64,000 nucleotides of DNA from an uncultured bacterium. Lineage in GTDB: Bacteria > Oederibacteriota > PGYV01 > CAWJRG01. The notes under the pieces were generated by a model that saw only the letters and a list, made by a program, of their open reading frames with translations, ran no database searches and was not told the DNA's origin. Location: assembly GCA_963845185.1 (NCBI GenBank), contig CAWJRG010000011.1:110403-174402 (forward strand). Reading direction: 5' to 3'. Both the position numbers and the translations under genes were made by a program. This document shows, piece by piece, positions 38,492 through 47,240 of this stretch (positions within the stretch are counted from its first letter, which is position 1; every line of letters begins with the position of its first letter).

Positions 38492-39340
38492 TTATTTTTT
38501 ATCAAACCGCGCCTTTTCACCTGCCGTCGCGGCCGTAGGCGTCGTGCTGTTTATTTCAACTTTGTAAAGCTTTGCATACTGGTTTTCATTTTCTCCGCCG
38601 GCGTATCCCACGCCTTTTCCATACCAGTTGTCCTCAATATGCCACACGCCGTCGCCCTGGTCGATGTTATTTCTTATATGAAATGCCTCAATTTTCTTGT
38701 CTCCCACTTTAATTTTTTCTATTGCCACAAACTTAAATTTCGCCGTTATATTACGCTCGATTTTCAAGGTCAAAACCTGGGTTTGTGCGCTTACTTTTTC
38801 CACCCATTCATCACCCGGCCTTGCGTTGAAATCAACAAATTTTATTTCCGGGTAAAAATAAATATCTATCGACATAAAATCAAGCACCGGATACGGGTAC
38901 CTGATAATTTTCATGTAAACACCGTTGCCGTCTTTCCTTAAAAACGACCTTATATTAAACTCCGGTGCATAATAATAATAGTATTCTTTGCCGTCAACCG
39001 TCTGTGTATTGATTATCTCGGCTTTTACATCATAAATCTTTTTAGGTTCGCTTTTTTTATAGCCCTTGTAATACCACACATAACCTTTATCCACAGGATA
39101 ATAAGCTTGCGGGTTTTCAATAGGTGTAACTGTTAAAGTCGGGGTTGCCGTGCTTGATAAAGCCTGGGTTATTGTTCTTGTGCATGTGCTTGTGTTAGGC
39201 GGTATATAAGGAGTGATCGTCGGCGAAGGAGTGGCGAAAAAGTTTGGCATTTGCGGGATTTTCATATTCCAGGTATAAGCGCCGAAAAGCAAAAAAAAAC
39301 CAAACAAAAACAAAAATATGCTTTTGTTTATTTGTTGCAT
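38492..39340 (-). CDS. Hypothetical exported protein with Thr/Pro-rich linker and beta-rich domain
   Basis: N-terminal TM/signal, TPSPTITP..TATPTLTVTP, YYP..G..W.Y and W.G.GVG motifs. Confidence 0.7.
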   Translation of the reverse strand: MQQINKSIFLFLFGFFLLFGAYTWNMKIPQMPNFFATPSPTITPYIPPNTSTCTRTITQALSSTATPTLTVTPIENPQAYYPVDKGYVWYYKGYKKSEPKKIYDVKAEIINTQTVDGKEYYYYYAPEFNIRSFLRKDGNGVYMKIIRYPYPVLDFMSIDIYFYPEIKFVDFNARPGDEWVEKVSAQTQVLTLKIERNITAKFKFVAIEKIKVGDKKIEAFHIRNNIDQGDGVWHIEDNWYGKGVGYAGGENENQYAKLYKVEINSTTPTAATAGEKARFDKK

Positions 39341-39669
39341 GTCGTATTATATTTGTAAACCAAAAACCTTTTAATCGATTCCATTTGTTTCGGCAGGAGC
39401 CCCGGTGTAGGACAAAGCCCTATGTACAGATTTTCCGGAGCATTGCCCGCTTTTTCAAGCCAGCAACTGTATTTATCGTGGGAAACAGGAAAATTCTGCG
39501 CGGTATCTATCTCTTCCGTCATTCCTATGTATAAAACGCCATAGTCATCCACTTTCTTTTCAGGTTTCTTAAGGAAAAAAATCCCAAAAAGTCCTCTTAT
39601 GTCGGTCTTCTGATAATCCTTTAAATTCTTAGGCCCGTCGAAAACATATCCTGCTAAAATTAAACTCAT
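39328..39669 (-). CDS. Hypothetical protein, weakly GIY-YIG-like
   Basis: 113-aa ORF with GGAG SD; GLFGIFF...VLYIGMTE pattern. Confidence 0.6.
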   Translation of the reverse strand: MSLILAGYVFDGPKNLKDYQKTDIRGLFGIFFLKKPEKKVDDYGVLYIGMTEEIDTAQNFPVSHDKYSCWLEKAGNAPENLYIGLCPTPGLLPKQMESIKRFLVYKYNTTCNK

Positions 39670-39877
39670 CTTTTTGCTCCAATTTGTAATATTTTAATCG
39701 AATAAAAATCTGCAGCCCGACACCGTGTCACTGCTTAAATTACTTATCTTTAATATATCAAAAATCCTTAAAAAATCAAGATATAATATCCCCTTTCGCC
39801 CTGCTCTTTCACATAATGCCGTCTGGATACCCACCCTCCTACAGCGCATTCCTTCAAAATTATTTTTATTTTTTATT

Positions 39878-41116
39878 TTAAAATTCCTGGACAAAATAGA
39901 ATACAGGCAAAGATTTATTGAAAATAATAGCCTGCGCCAGCATAAAAGTAAACTTTACCTTGGACGTTTTGCCTAAAATACATCCGAATCTGACTCCTGC
40001 CCCAACGCTAAAGTGGTAATTCCGGATGCCCTGTATTTCGCCGACATTACCCACGCACCCGGAATCAAAAAGCAAAAAAGCGTCCATATCATTCCACCTG
40101 GCTGTAAATTGTTTCCATCCTAATTCCCATCCTATGTTGCTCAACATTTGCATGCTTAGTTTGAACCTGTTGAAAATTTTGTAATATCCGTAGAATTGTT
40201 CAAACCCGTAACCCGCCAGGTGGTCATAACCACCCAGATAGTAAAGTTTCCACTGCGGCACGTTGTACTGTTCCAGCATGTAGCCGGCTTCAAAAGTATC
40301 GGTCACTTCATTAACACCCATAATCTTCAAAGTCTTATAGGCATCTATGTTTAAAAACATGAAATTATAGCTGGAATTCCCTGCAGGTATTGATTTTTCA
40401 ATGCCAGCCTGGAAATAATAATCGGAATTTTCCTTTTTTTTATCGAATATCTCAATTTTACCGTTGGCAAGGTTGATGTTCCCCTGGTTCACGTTTAAAT
40501 TTTCCTGCAGGTTTGCAAAATAAAAATTTTCGTTTTTTGCTTCGGCGCTCAAAAGAAATATATCACAAAACATGGGCGTTTTTATGCCCCCGGATAAACC
40601 TCTTGTACGCTGTATGTATTTGCTGTTGGCATAAACTTTTTCAAAATCAGTGTCGTCATACAGGCTTACAAAAGGCTGCAGAAATATATCAAGCGAGTAG
40701 CGGAGCATGTAATTTATTTTGCTGTATAAATAGTTATACTCGGTAAACGCTTCAAACAAGGAATTTTCAAACTTATTAGTAATGTTGATTTTAAAATCCG
40801 TGTCCGGAAGTACAAACTTAAAAGACGGCGTCACGTCAAGATGCAGCTCTTTTAACTGCATCTGCATATATTGGTCTTGAGGCAGGCATACCGCAGATGT
40901 TGTTGTAGCCGTGGCATCCGCGCTTTTTGCGGACATTGACGTCACATTATACGTACCAGCTGCCGGTGCCGTTGTTGTTGCCATTTTGGCTGCGGAGTTT
41001 GTAATAGTATTATAAGTACCGCTTGTCTGGGCTGTTGTTGTTATATCATCCGCATATATAAATCCGTCAAAAGCAGCCAGCAAAACCGTAAAAACAAGTA
41101 GAATATATCTTCTCAT
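39878..41116 (-). CDS. Putative outer-membrane beta-barrel (Omp85/BamA-barrel-like) protein
   Basis: Signal peptide MRRYILL.., YLGGYDHLAGY (L6-like loop), SVGAGVRF, C-terminal Phe; ATGA overlap with rarA stop. Confidence 0.65.
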   Translation of the reverse strand: MRRYILLVFTVLLAAFDGFIYADDITTTAQTSGTYNTITNSAAKMATTTAPAAGTYNVTSMSAKSADATATTTSAVCLPQDQYMQMQLKELHLDVTPSFKFVLPDTDFKINITNKFENSLFEAFTEYNYLYSKINYMLRYSLDIFLQPFVSLYDDTDFEKVYANSKYIQRTRGLSGGIKTPMFCDIFLLSAEAKNENFYFANLQENLNVNQGNINLANGKIEIFDKKKENSDYYFQAGIEKSIPAGNSSYNFMFLNIDAYKTLKIMGVNEVTDTFEAGYMLEQYNVPQWKLYYLGGYDHLAGYGFEQFYGYYKIFNRFKLSMQMLSNIGWELGWKQFTARWNDMDAFLLFDSGCVGNVGEIQGIRNYHFSVGAGVRFGCILGKTSKVKFTFMLAQAIIFNKSLPVFYFVQEF

Positions 41117-42434
41117 TGCTGTCCCTGCCCGCGGTTTTTCCGCCATTTTTCAAGCCTTTCTTTTATTTTGGCTTCAATGCCGTTATCCGTCGGCCTGTAA
41201 TAAACCCGGCCTTTTAATTTATCCGGCATGTGTTCCTGCTCAACGAAGTTCCCTTCGTAATTATGCGCGTATTTGTAGCCTTCCCCGTAGCCAAGGTCTT
41301 TCATCAATTTAGTCGGAGCGTTCCTGATATGCAGGGGCACTGGCTCATCCCTGAAATTCCTTACATCATCCTCTGCCTCGCCAAAAGCCGCATAAGCAGC
41401 GTTGCTTTTAGGAGCGCACGCGAGATAAAGGCATGCCTGCGCAAGCGCCAGCTCGCCTTCCGGGTGCCCGAGGAAATCAAAAGCTTCCTTGGCTGAAAGC
41501 GCCATCCGCAATGCTCCCGGGTCCGCGTTTCCTATGTCCTCGCTCGCAAACCGCACCATGCGCCTGGCTATATACAAGGGATCCTCGCCTGCGTCAATCA
41601 TCCTTGTCATCCAGTACAATGCGGCGTCCGGGTCGCTGTCCCTCAAGCTCTTGTGCAGCGCGGATATCAGGTTATAGTGTTCTTCGCCTGCTTTATCATA
41701 AAGGAAAGTTTTCCTTTCCACGACCTGTTTTACGTCTTCTGCGGAAACTTCATATTCGTTTTTTGCCTTAAGCGCGTCTATCATTTCTATTATGTTGAGC
41801 GCTACCCTGGCATCGCCGTTGCCTACGCTGCTTATATAAAGGTAAGCGTCGTTCGCAATTTTTATCTTTTTATTCCCAAGGCCGCGTTCCCTGTCAAGTA
41901 TAGCGGCGTCAATAATTGCTTTGATATCCTCGTCGGTCAGTGCTTTTAAAGTTATTACTTTCGTCCTGGACAGCAGCGCCGAGATTACTTCAAAAGACGG
42001 GTTTTCCGTGGTGGCTCCTATAAGTATTATGGTTCCGTCCTCAACGTAAGGCAAAAACGAGTCCTGCTGGGATTTATTGAACCTGTGAATTTCATCAACA
42101 AATAATATTGTTTTTTTGTTGTTTTTTAGGTTTAAAATCCCCCTCTCGACAACGTTCTTTATGTCTTTTACGCCGCTTGAAACAGCCGAAAGAGTCACAA
42201 AATCTGCCCTGATATAATTGGCTATTATGATTGCAAGCGTTGTCTTGCCGGACCCGGCGGGCCCCAGAATATCATTGAAGATATCACGCCTTTATTCAGC
42301 AGGCTTTTTAAATAGCCCGATTCCCCTACTATGTGCTTTTGCCCGACGAATTCTTCCAGGTTCCGCGGCCTCATGCGAAACGCAAGTGGCTGTTTTTCGC
42401 CGTCAATGGTTTCTTTGTTGTCGAAAAGGTCCAA
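41113..42434 (-). CDS. rarA: Replication-associated recombination protein A (MgsA), split by a 1-nt deletion in Walker A
   Basis: PLAFRMRPRNLEEFVGQ..FWGPPG then SGKTTLA resumes in another frame at about 42253; LFVDEIHRFNKSQQD, ISALHKSLR, ASEDIGNADP. Confidence 0.92.
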
Positions 42435-42488
42435 GTTTTGCTCCTGTAAATAGGGTGAATTTTTTGCCTGCGTCGCCGCTGCAGTGAT

Positions 42489-43787
42489 TTATCTGTCCTC
42501 CAATTTATATACCAAAAGTCCGGTCGCGAGCTTGGGAAGAAAATAAGTGCTTTTTTGCGGCATTACTTCTTTATTCTCCGCTATTATCTTCACCTGTTCT
42601 ATGGTGGCTGGTTTTATTAAAAAAGATATTTTTGCGTCGTTTGTTTCCACCGCCAACACGGCGTTATCCATGTCCTGGGTATATTCCACATTCCTGAAAA
42701 TATATTCCTCGGGCATTTTCAATATTTTTTCGAGCAGGAGCCCGTGCAAAATCGATACGTCAAGCATGTAATAATCAATTATGTGTTCTCCGCTTTCAAG
42801 CGTCTTTTTATAATCCGCTTCCTTTAATTCGAGGAGCATGCACCCGTTTTTCGCAACCACGCCGATGTTCTTTTTGCCGTCGTTTTTTGCAATAATCTCC
42901 CTAAGCTTCATCGAATTTCTTATGTGAGTTGTTTTAAAAAATCTCTTTAAAGCCGGCGCGTCTTCCAGTTCCTCGCTCATAAAATCCCTGAATATCCTGT
43001 GTGTCGGAAGTATTGAAATGCCGGAGTGTTCCATGCTTATAAGGCACATCATTATATAATCATACGGCTTCCCGCCCTTGTCTGAGCCGTATTTTTGCCG
43101 CATTTCGTTCCTGAAATTCAGGGCTGTTTCATACCTGTGGTGCCCGTCCGCGATAAAAAGCTGCTTATCCCTTAAAAACCCGGTTATTTTCAGCAGTTCA
43201 TCTTCCCCGCTTAAATGCCAAATCCTGTGCCTGCATCCATTCTCGTCTTTCGCGTCCACGTAAGGACCGTTTGATTCCGCGTACCCTTTTATGATTCCGT
43301 CTACCGCTTTTTCCCTGTCAAAATAAAAAGCAAGTATCGGGCTTGTATCTGCCATGCAAGCCCTCATCAGTTGCAGCCTGTCCGCTTTCGGCCCGCTGTG
43401 CGTCCTCTCGTGCGGCAGGATTATTCTTTTATCAAACTCCTCGAGTTTTGCCAGGGCCATAAACCCGAACATTTCCCTTTTTTCCCCGCCAGGCAGCGCG
43501 TATTCTTCAGCGTACAGGTAAATGCTTTTTTTACCGTCCCTGGTCATCATCCCCTCGGCCATCCACTTGTCAAAATACTCCCTTGCCCTTGTATATTTGT
43601 TGGACTTGTCGCTATCCCCTTCTTTTTCCATGCCCTTGTCGATCCTTATGATATTATGCTCGTCGCGCTTGTAATACCTGCCTATTTCCGTATCTTTAAT
43701 GATGTCATAAGGCGGCATAATCACCTTTGAATAATCAGCTTTATCCCTGTCAAAATAAACCGCCTGGAAAGGCTTTATTTCAGCCAC
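42489..43787 (-). CDS. DUF1015 family protein
   Basis: PPYDII, ILPHERT, FIADGHHRYETA, MPQKSTYF.PK. Confidence 0.9.
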   Translation of the reverse strand: MAEIKPFQAVYFDRDKADYSKVIMPPYDIIKDTEIGRYYKRDEHNIIRIDKGMEKEGDSDKSNKYTRAREYFDKWMAEGMMTRDGKKSIYLYAEEYALPGGEKREMFGFMALAKLEEFDKRIILPHERTHSGPKADRLQLMRACMADTSPILAFYFDREKAVDGIIKGYAESNGPYVDAKDENGCRHRIWHLSGEDELLKITGFLRDKQLFIADGHHRYETALNFRNEMRQKYGSDKGGKPYDYIMMCLISMEHSGISILPTHRIFRDFMSEELEDAPALKRFFKTTHIRNSMKLREIIAKNDGKKNIGVVAKNGCMLLELKEADYKKTLESGEHIIDYYMLDVSILHGLLLEKILKMPEEYIFRNVEYTQDMDNAVLAVETNDAKISFLIKPATIEQVKIIAENKEVMPQKSTYFLPKLATGLLVYKLEDR

Positions 43788-43789
43788 TG

Positions 43790-45208
43790 TTATATCCTGT
43801 ATTTCGCGATGTCTTTGCCGGCCTGTAAATCCTTGAGCTTTTCCCTGTATCCATGCCTGCCCATCATGGCGTACGTCGCTATCTTGCCCATTTCCACGCC
43901 GGGCTGGTCAAATGCGTTGATATTATAAAGCTCGCCTATAAACGCGGTTTCCACTTCCATGAGGTATAAAAGCTGTCCCAGTGTGAATTCTGAAACTTCC
44001 GGCAATGAGATGGTCATGTTTGCCCTTTTATTCCTGGTCAGCGCTATTTCTGTTGCTTTTTGTTCCGCGTTTAAGAGCTCGGCAAAAGTATGCCCGCTAA
44101 GATAGGATATCGATTCTTCATCCGAAAAATTATCCGGCATTACAGGATTTTCCCTGAACTTTTCCACCCTGATGAAAGTAACGACCTTGTCATAAGGCCC
44201 TTCCATGTACAATTGTGCCTGCGAGTGCTGGTCTGTTGCTCCAAGCGCCTTTATCGGCGTAAGCCCCACATTTACCGTCTTGCCGCTGTTGTTCAGCTTT
44301 TTGCCCAGGCTCTCTGCCCAAAGCTGGCAAAACCAGTCTGCCACGTCTTTTAAGGAATTCGCGTAAGGCATCATGACCGTTATCTTTTTCTCGAATTTGA
44401 CATCCGACAGATAATGCAAAACAGCCCGCATGTAAGCCGGGTTTTTCCACACGCTGTCATTCGACATTATTATATTATCCATAAAAGCCGCGCCGCGCAA
44501 AAGTTCGTCGATATCCGTGCCCGTGCTCGCGAGCGGCAGCAGGCCCACCGGAGTCATCACGGAAAACCTCCCGCCCACATTATCCGGCACCACATAGGAA
44601 ATAAACCCGTACTGCTTGGCTATTTTTCTCAGGACTCCCTTTTCCCTGTCCGTTGTAATTATTATATGGTCCTTTAATTTTTCCTTTTTAATCTGTTTTA
44701 AAAGCTTGTTCCATAAAAACTTCATGAAAGCTATGGTCTCGGCAGTTGAGCCTGACTTTGTTATGATATTTATTACGGATTTCTTTAAATCCACGACATC
44801 CAGCAGCCCTGCTGCCCATTCAGGGTCCACGTTATCCATCACATAAAGCTTCGGCGCTTTCCTTTTATCCGCCGTAAGCTCGTTGACAAAAGGATGTTTC
44901 AGCGCGCGCGCCAGGGCTATGGTCCCAAGCGCCGAGCCGCCTATTCCCAGCGTGATAAAATTTTCGAATTTGCCCTTTATCACTTCCGCGACTTCCTTGA
45001 CCTCCTCCTTTGTCTTCGCGTCATATGGCAGGTACATAAAACCCAGCTTGCCGTCGTCCCGTTTCTGCCTGATATTTTTAGCGGCGCTTTTTATCCTTGG
45101 CTTAAGCCGCGCAATATCGTTTTCGCTTATGCCTTCGCCGCCTATCTTGTGTTTCATCATATTGTTGAAATCAAGTGTAATTTTACTTCTCTTTTTTGAC
45201 TGTGGCAT
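43790..45208 (-). CDS. pgi: Glucose-6-phosphate isomerase
   Basis: GIGGSALG, KSGSTAET, VGGRFSV, QLWAESLGK, FDQPGVE.GK; start at MPQSKK with AAGGAGG SD. Confidence 0.95.
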   Translation of the reverse strand: MPQSKKRSKITLDFNNMMKHKIGGEGISENDIARLKPRIKSAAKNIRQKRDDGKLGFMYLPYDAKTKEEVKEVAEVIKGKFENFITLGIGGSALGTIALARALKHPFVNELTADKRKAPKLYVMDNVDPEWAAGLLDVVDLKKSVINIITKSGSTAETIAFMKFLWNKLLKQIKKEKLKDHIIITTDREKGVLRKIAKQYGFISYVVPDNVGGRFSVMTPVGLLPLASTGTDIDELLRGAAFMDNIIMSNDSVWKNPAYMRAVLHYLSDVKFEKKITVMMPYANSLKDVADWFCQLWAESLGKKLNNSGKTVNVGLTPIKALGATDQHSQAQLYMEGPYDKVVTFIRVEKFRENPVMPDNFSDEESISYLSGHTFAELLNAEQKATEIALTRNKRANMTISLPEVSEFTLGQLLYLMEVETAFIGELYNINAFDQPGVEMGKIATYAMMGRHGYREKLKDLQAGKDIAKYRI

Positions 45209-45821
45209 CCGCCTTAACCTCCTTTTTATCATATTTATAGTATGTAAAAACATTTACCCCGATATTGACAGCGGCAAAACAGCTTGCTGCTATTATAAGC
45301 GGCGTCCTGTAATAATTAACTTCATGAAATGCCGGCGGTATCTGCTGCTGTTTTATGCTTTCATATATCGCTATGCCCAGGAAGGAATAAGCAAGCGCGA
45401 AAGGCACTGATTCTACCGCGCTTACCTTGATGTCCTGGAACAAATCGCGGGGCGTGTGTGTTACAGATTCGTATTGCGGCCTGTAACTGTAATCTGCCGA
45501 TGTTGTAAGCGAGTTGTATAAGGTTTCGCTGTCCATTTTTGCCTCTTCCTCGGGAGAAATCTGGGCCTGCTGGCTTTGCTGGCTGGAAGTGCTTATTGCC
45601 TGCTTAAGAGCCTGATTTACCTGGCTGGCTGTGCCTGTAACCGGGCTTGGCTGGCCTGATATGCTTGTGGTCGGGCTTGGCTGGATGGATGTGTTAGTGG
45701 CCTGGTTTGGCTGTCCTCCTGTATTTATTCCGCCTCCGGGCATCCAGGGCATGCCGGGGCCTGCTCCGTAAAGATAAGCAAAAAAAACGGTTGCAGTTAA
45801 TATTAAAATCAGTTTTTTCAT
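45183..45821 (-). CDS. Hypothetical exported/membrane protein with low-complexity Q/S/T/P region
   Basis: Signal peptide MKKLILIL.., two C-terminal hydrophobic segments. Confidence 0.65.
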   Translation of the reverse strand: MKKLILILTATVFFAYLYGAGPGMPWMPGGGINTGGQPNQATNTSIQPSPTTSISGQPSPVTGTASQVNQALKQAISTSSQQSQQAQISPEEEAKMDSETLYNSLTTSADYSYRPQYESVTHTPRDLFQDIKVSAVESVPFALAYSFLGIAIYESIKQQQIPPAFHEVNYYRTPLIIAASCFAAVNIGVNVFTYYKYDKKEVKADATVKKEK

Positions 45822-45863
45822 AAATAATATTTGTCCTTTTTTATAATTGAATTGTTTTTCCGT

Positions 45864-45936
45864 GTAGGGGCGATTCATGAATCGCCCGAAACAAATCAAA
45901 CAACAAATATAGGGGTAATTCATGAATTACCCCTAC
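45864..45936. repeat. Inverted doublet of GTAG-family REPs (REPIN-like)
   Basis: gtaggggcgattcatgaatcgccc and taggggtaattcatgaattacccctac palindromes. Confidence 0.8.
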
Positions 45937-45959
45937 GGAAAATATTTTTTTGAATGTCC

Positions 45960-46835
45960 TTAATATATGACTTTATTCAGCGGGTATTCGATTATATCTT
46001 CTGCGCCTTTTTGTTTTAAAAGCGGTATTAATGTCCTTACCTTTGCCTCGTCAATGACAACCTCGATTGCCGCCCATTTGTCCTTTTCGCCTATCAGGTA
46101 AGACACCGTAGGCCTCTTTAAAGCAGGCAGGATCTCAAGTATCGCGTTTAAGTTTCTTTGCGCCACATTCAGTTTCAGCCCTACTTTTTCTTCGGCGTTC
46201 AGCGCGCCTTTTAAAAGCATCATTACGGTCTGTATTTTTTGCTTTATCCATGCGTTCCTCATGGCTTTTTTGTTTGCTATCATGACAGTAGTAGACACCA
46301 TAACTGTATCAATAATTCTCAGGTTGTTCGCGGCAAGCGACGAGCCGGTTTCCGTAAGTTCAACAATGGCGTCTGCCAGGTAAGGCGGCTTTGCCTCGGT
46401 TGCGCCCCATGAAAATTCAACTGTTGCTTTAACTTTGTTCTTTTTCAAATAGTCTTTCGTTGTGTTTACAAGTTCAGTCGCTATCCTTTTGCCCTGCAAA
46501 TCCTTGACTGTTTTTATCTTTGAATCATTTAGCGCTGCGAGTACCCATTTTACAGGCCGGAGCCCCTGCTTACCATAAACAAGCTTGTCAACGATTTCAA
46601 CAGCTACCCTACTTTCTTTTACCCAGTCCTCGCCTGTCAGCCCGGCGTCAAATACACCCTCGTTGACATACCTGGCCATTTCCTGCGCGCGCACCAGGGT
46701 CAGGGAGATTTCAGCGTCGTCAATGGACGGATAATAGCTCCTGTTTGTCATCTTTATGGAAAAACCCGCTTTTTTAAAAATATTAAAAGTTGATTCCTGC
46801 AGGCTTCCTTTTGGTAATCCTAATCTCAAAATCAT
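45960..46835 (-). CDS. hisG: ATP phosphoribosyltransferase, long form
   Basis: [46 protein letters not shown]. Confidence 0.95.
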   Translation of the reverse strand: MILRLGLPKGSLQESTFNIFKKAGFSIKMTNRSYYPSIDDAEISLTLVRAQEMARYVNEGVFDAGLTGEDWVKESRVAVEIVDKLVYGKQGLRPVKWVLAALNDSKIKTVKDLQGKRIATELVNTTKDYLKKNKVKATVEFSWGATEAKPPYLADAIVELTETGSSLAANNLRIIDTVMVSTTVMIANKKAMRNAWIKQKIQTVMMLLKGALNAEEKVGLKLNVAQRNLNAILEILPALKRPTVSYLIGEKDKWAAIEVVIDEAKVRTLIPLLKQKGAEDIIEYPLNKVIY

Positions 46836-46846
46836 TTTTTCCTCCC

Positions 46847-47012
46847 AAGCAAGAGTTTTTTTTGCAAGCCGTCGAAGGCAGTCAAACAATCCTGTGGATT
46901 ATTTGACGAATAGTTACAATAAGTTATAATTATAAAAGCTACCCAGCAAAAATATTACTCTTGCTTGCACCCGTTCAAGTCCGAGGCTGAAAAGCCAAAG
47001 ACAAGTGGTGCA
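46847..47012. ncRNA. Conserved two-hairpin element, copy 3 (hisG leader; enlarged loop)
   Basis: aagcaagagt/actcttgctt stem, aagccgtc motif, gcaccc..gtccgaggct gaaa agcc..gacaa..ggtgc hairpin. Confidence 0.68.
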
Positions 47013-47031
47013 ATTTTTTCTAACAAAAAAA

Positions 47032-47060
47032 ATAATATCATAAATATAGTTTATTATCAA
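47032..47060 (-). promoter_or_regulatory. Promoter for the hisG leader
   Basis: TTGATA-N17-TATTAT with TG extension, just upstream of element copy 3. Confidence 0.55.
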
Positions 47061-47240
47061 CGATTAAATCCTTTTGATTGGAATTCCCCCAAAATTTGGT
47101 TTTCGTAGTTTTATATTTTGTTGCATTTGTATAGGAGCACTCGAGCCACAGTGATGGTCAAGCCCGCCGCTACATCAATGTAAATAATTTTACTTAAAAA
47201 TTAATTTATTGATTTTTATTCAGGCAGGTATTCCTTTTTA

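Noticed and set aside
39694..39894. 66-aa minus-strand ORF between the OMP and the 113-aa gene
   Set aside because: No clear SD or motifs, overlaps the OMP stop; likely intergenic.
45822..45923. ORF-track N-terminal extensions (45923, 45253, 46889, 41146, 35559, 8515)
   Set aside because: They run through REP/leader DNA or upstream genes; downstream ATGs with SDs or paralog alignment fit better.
47129..47175. Possible degenerate GTAG REP (tgtagcggcgggcttgacc.. on minus strand)
   Set aside because: Palindrome too decayed to support a call.
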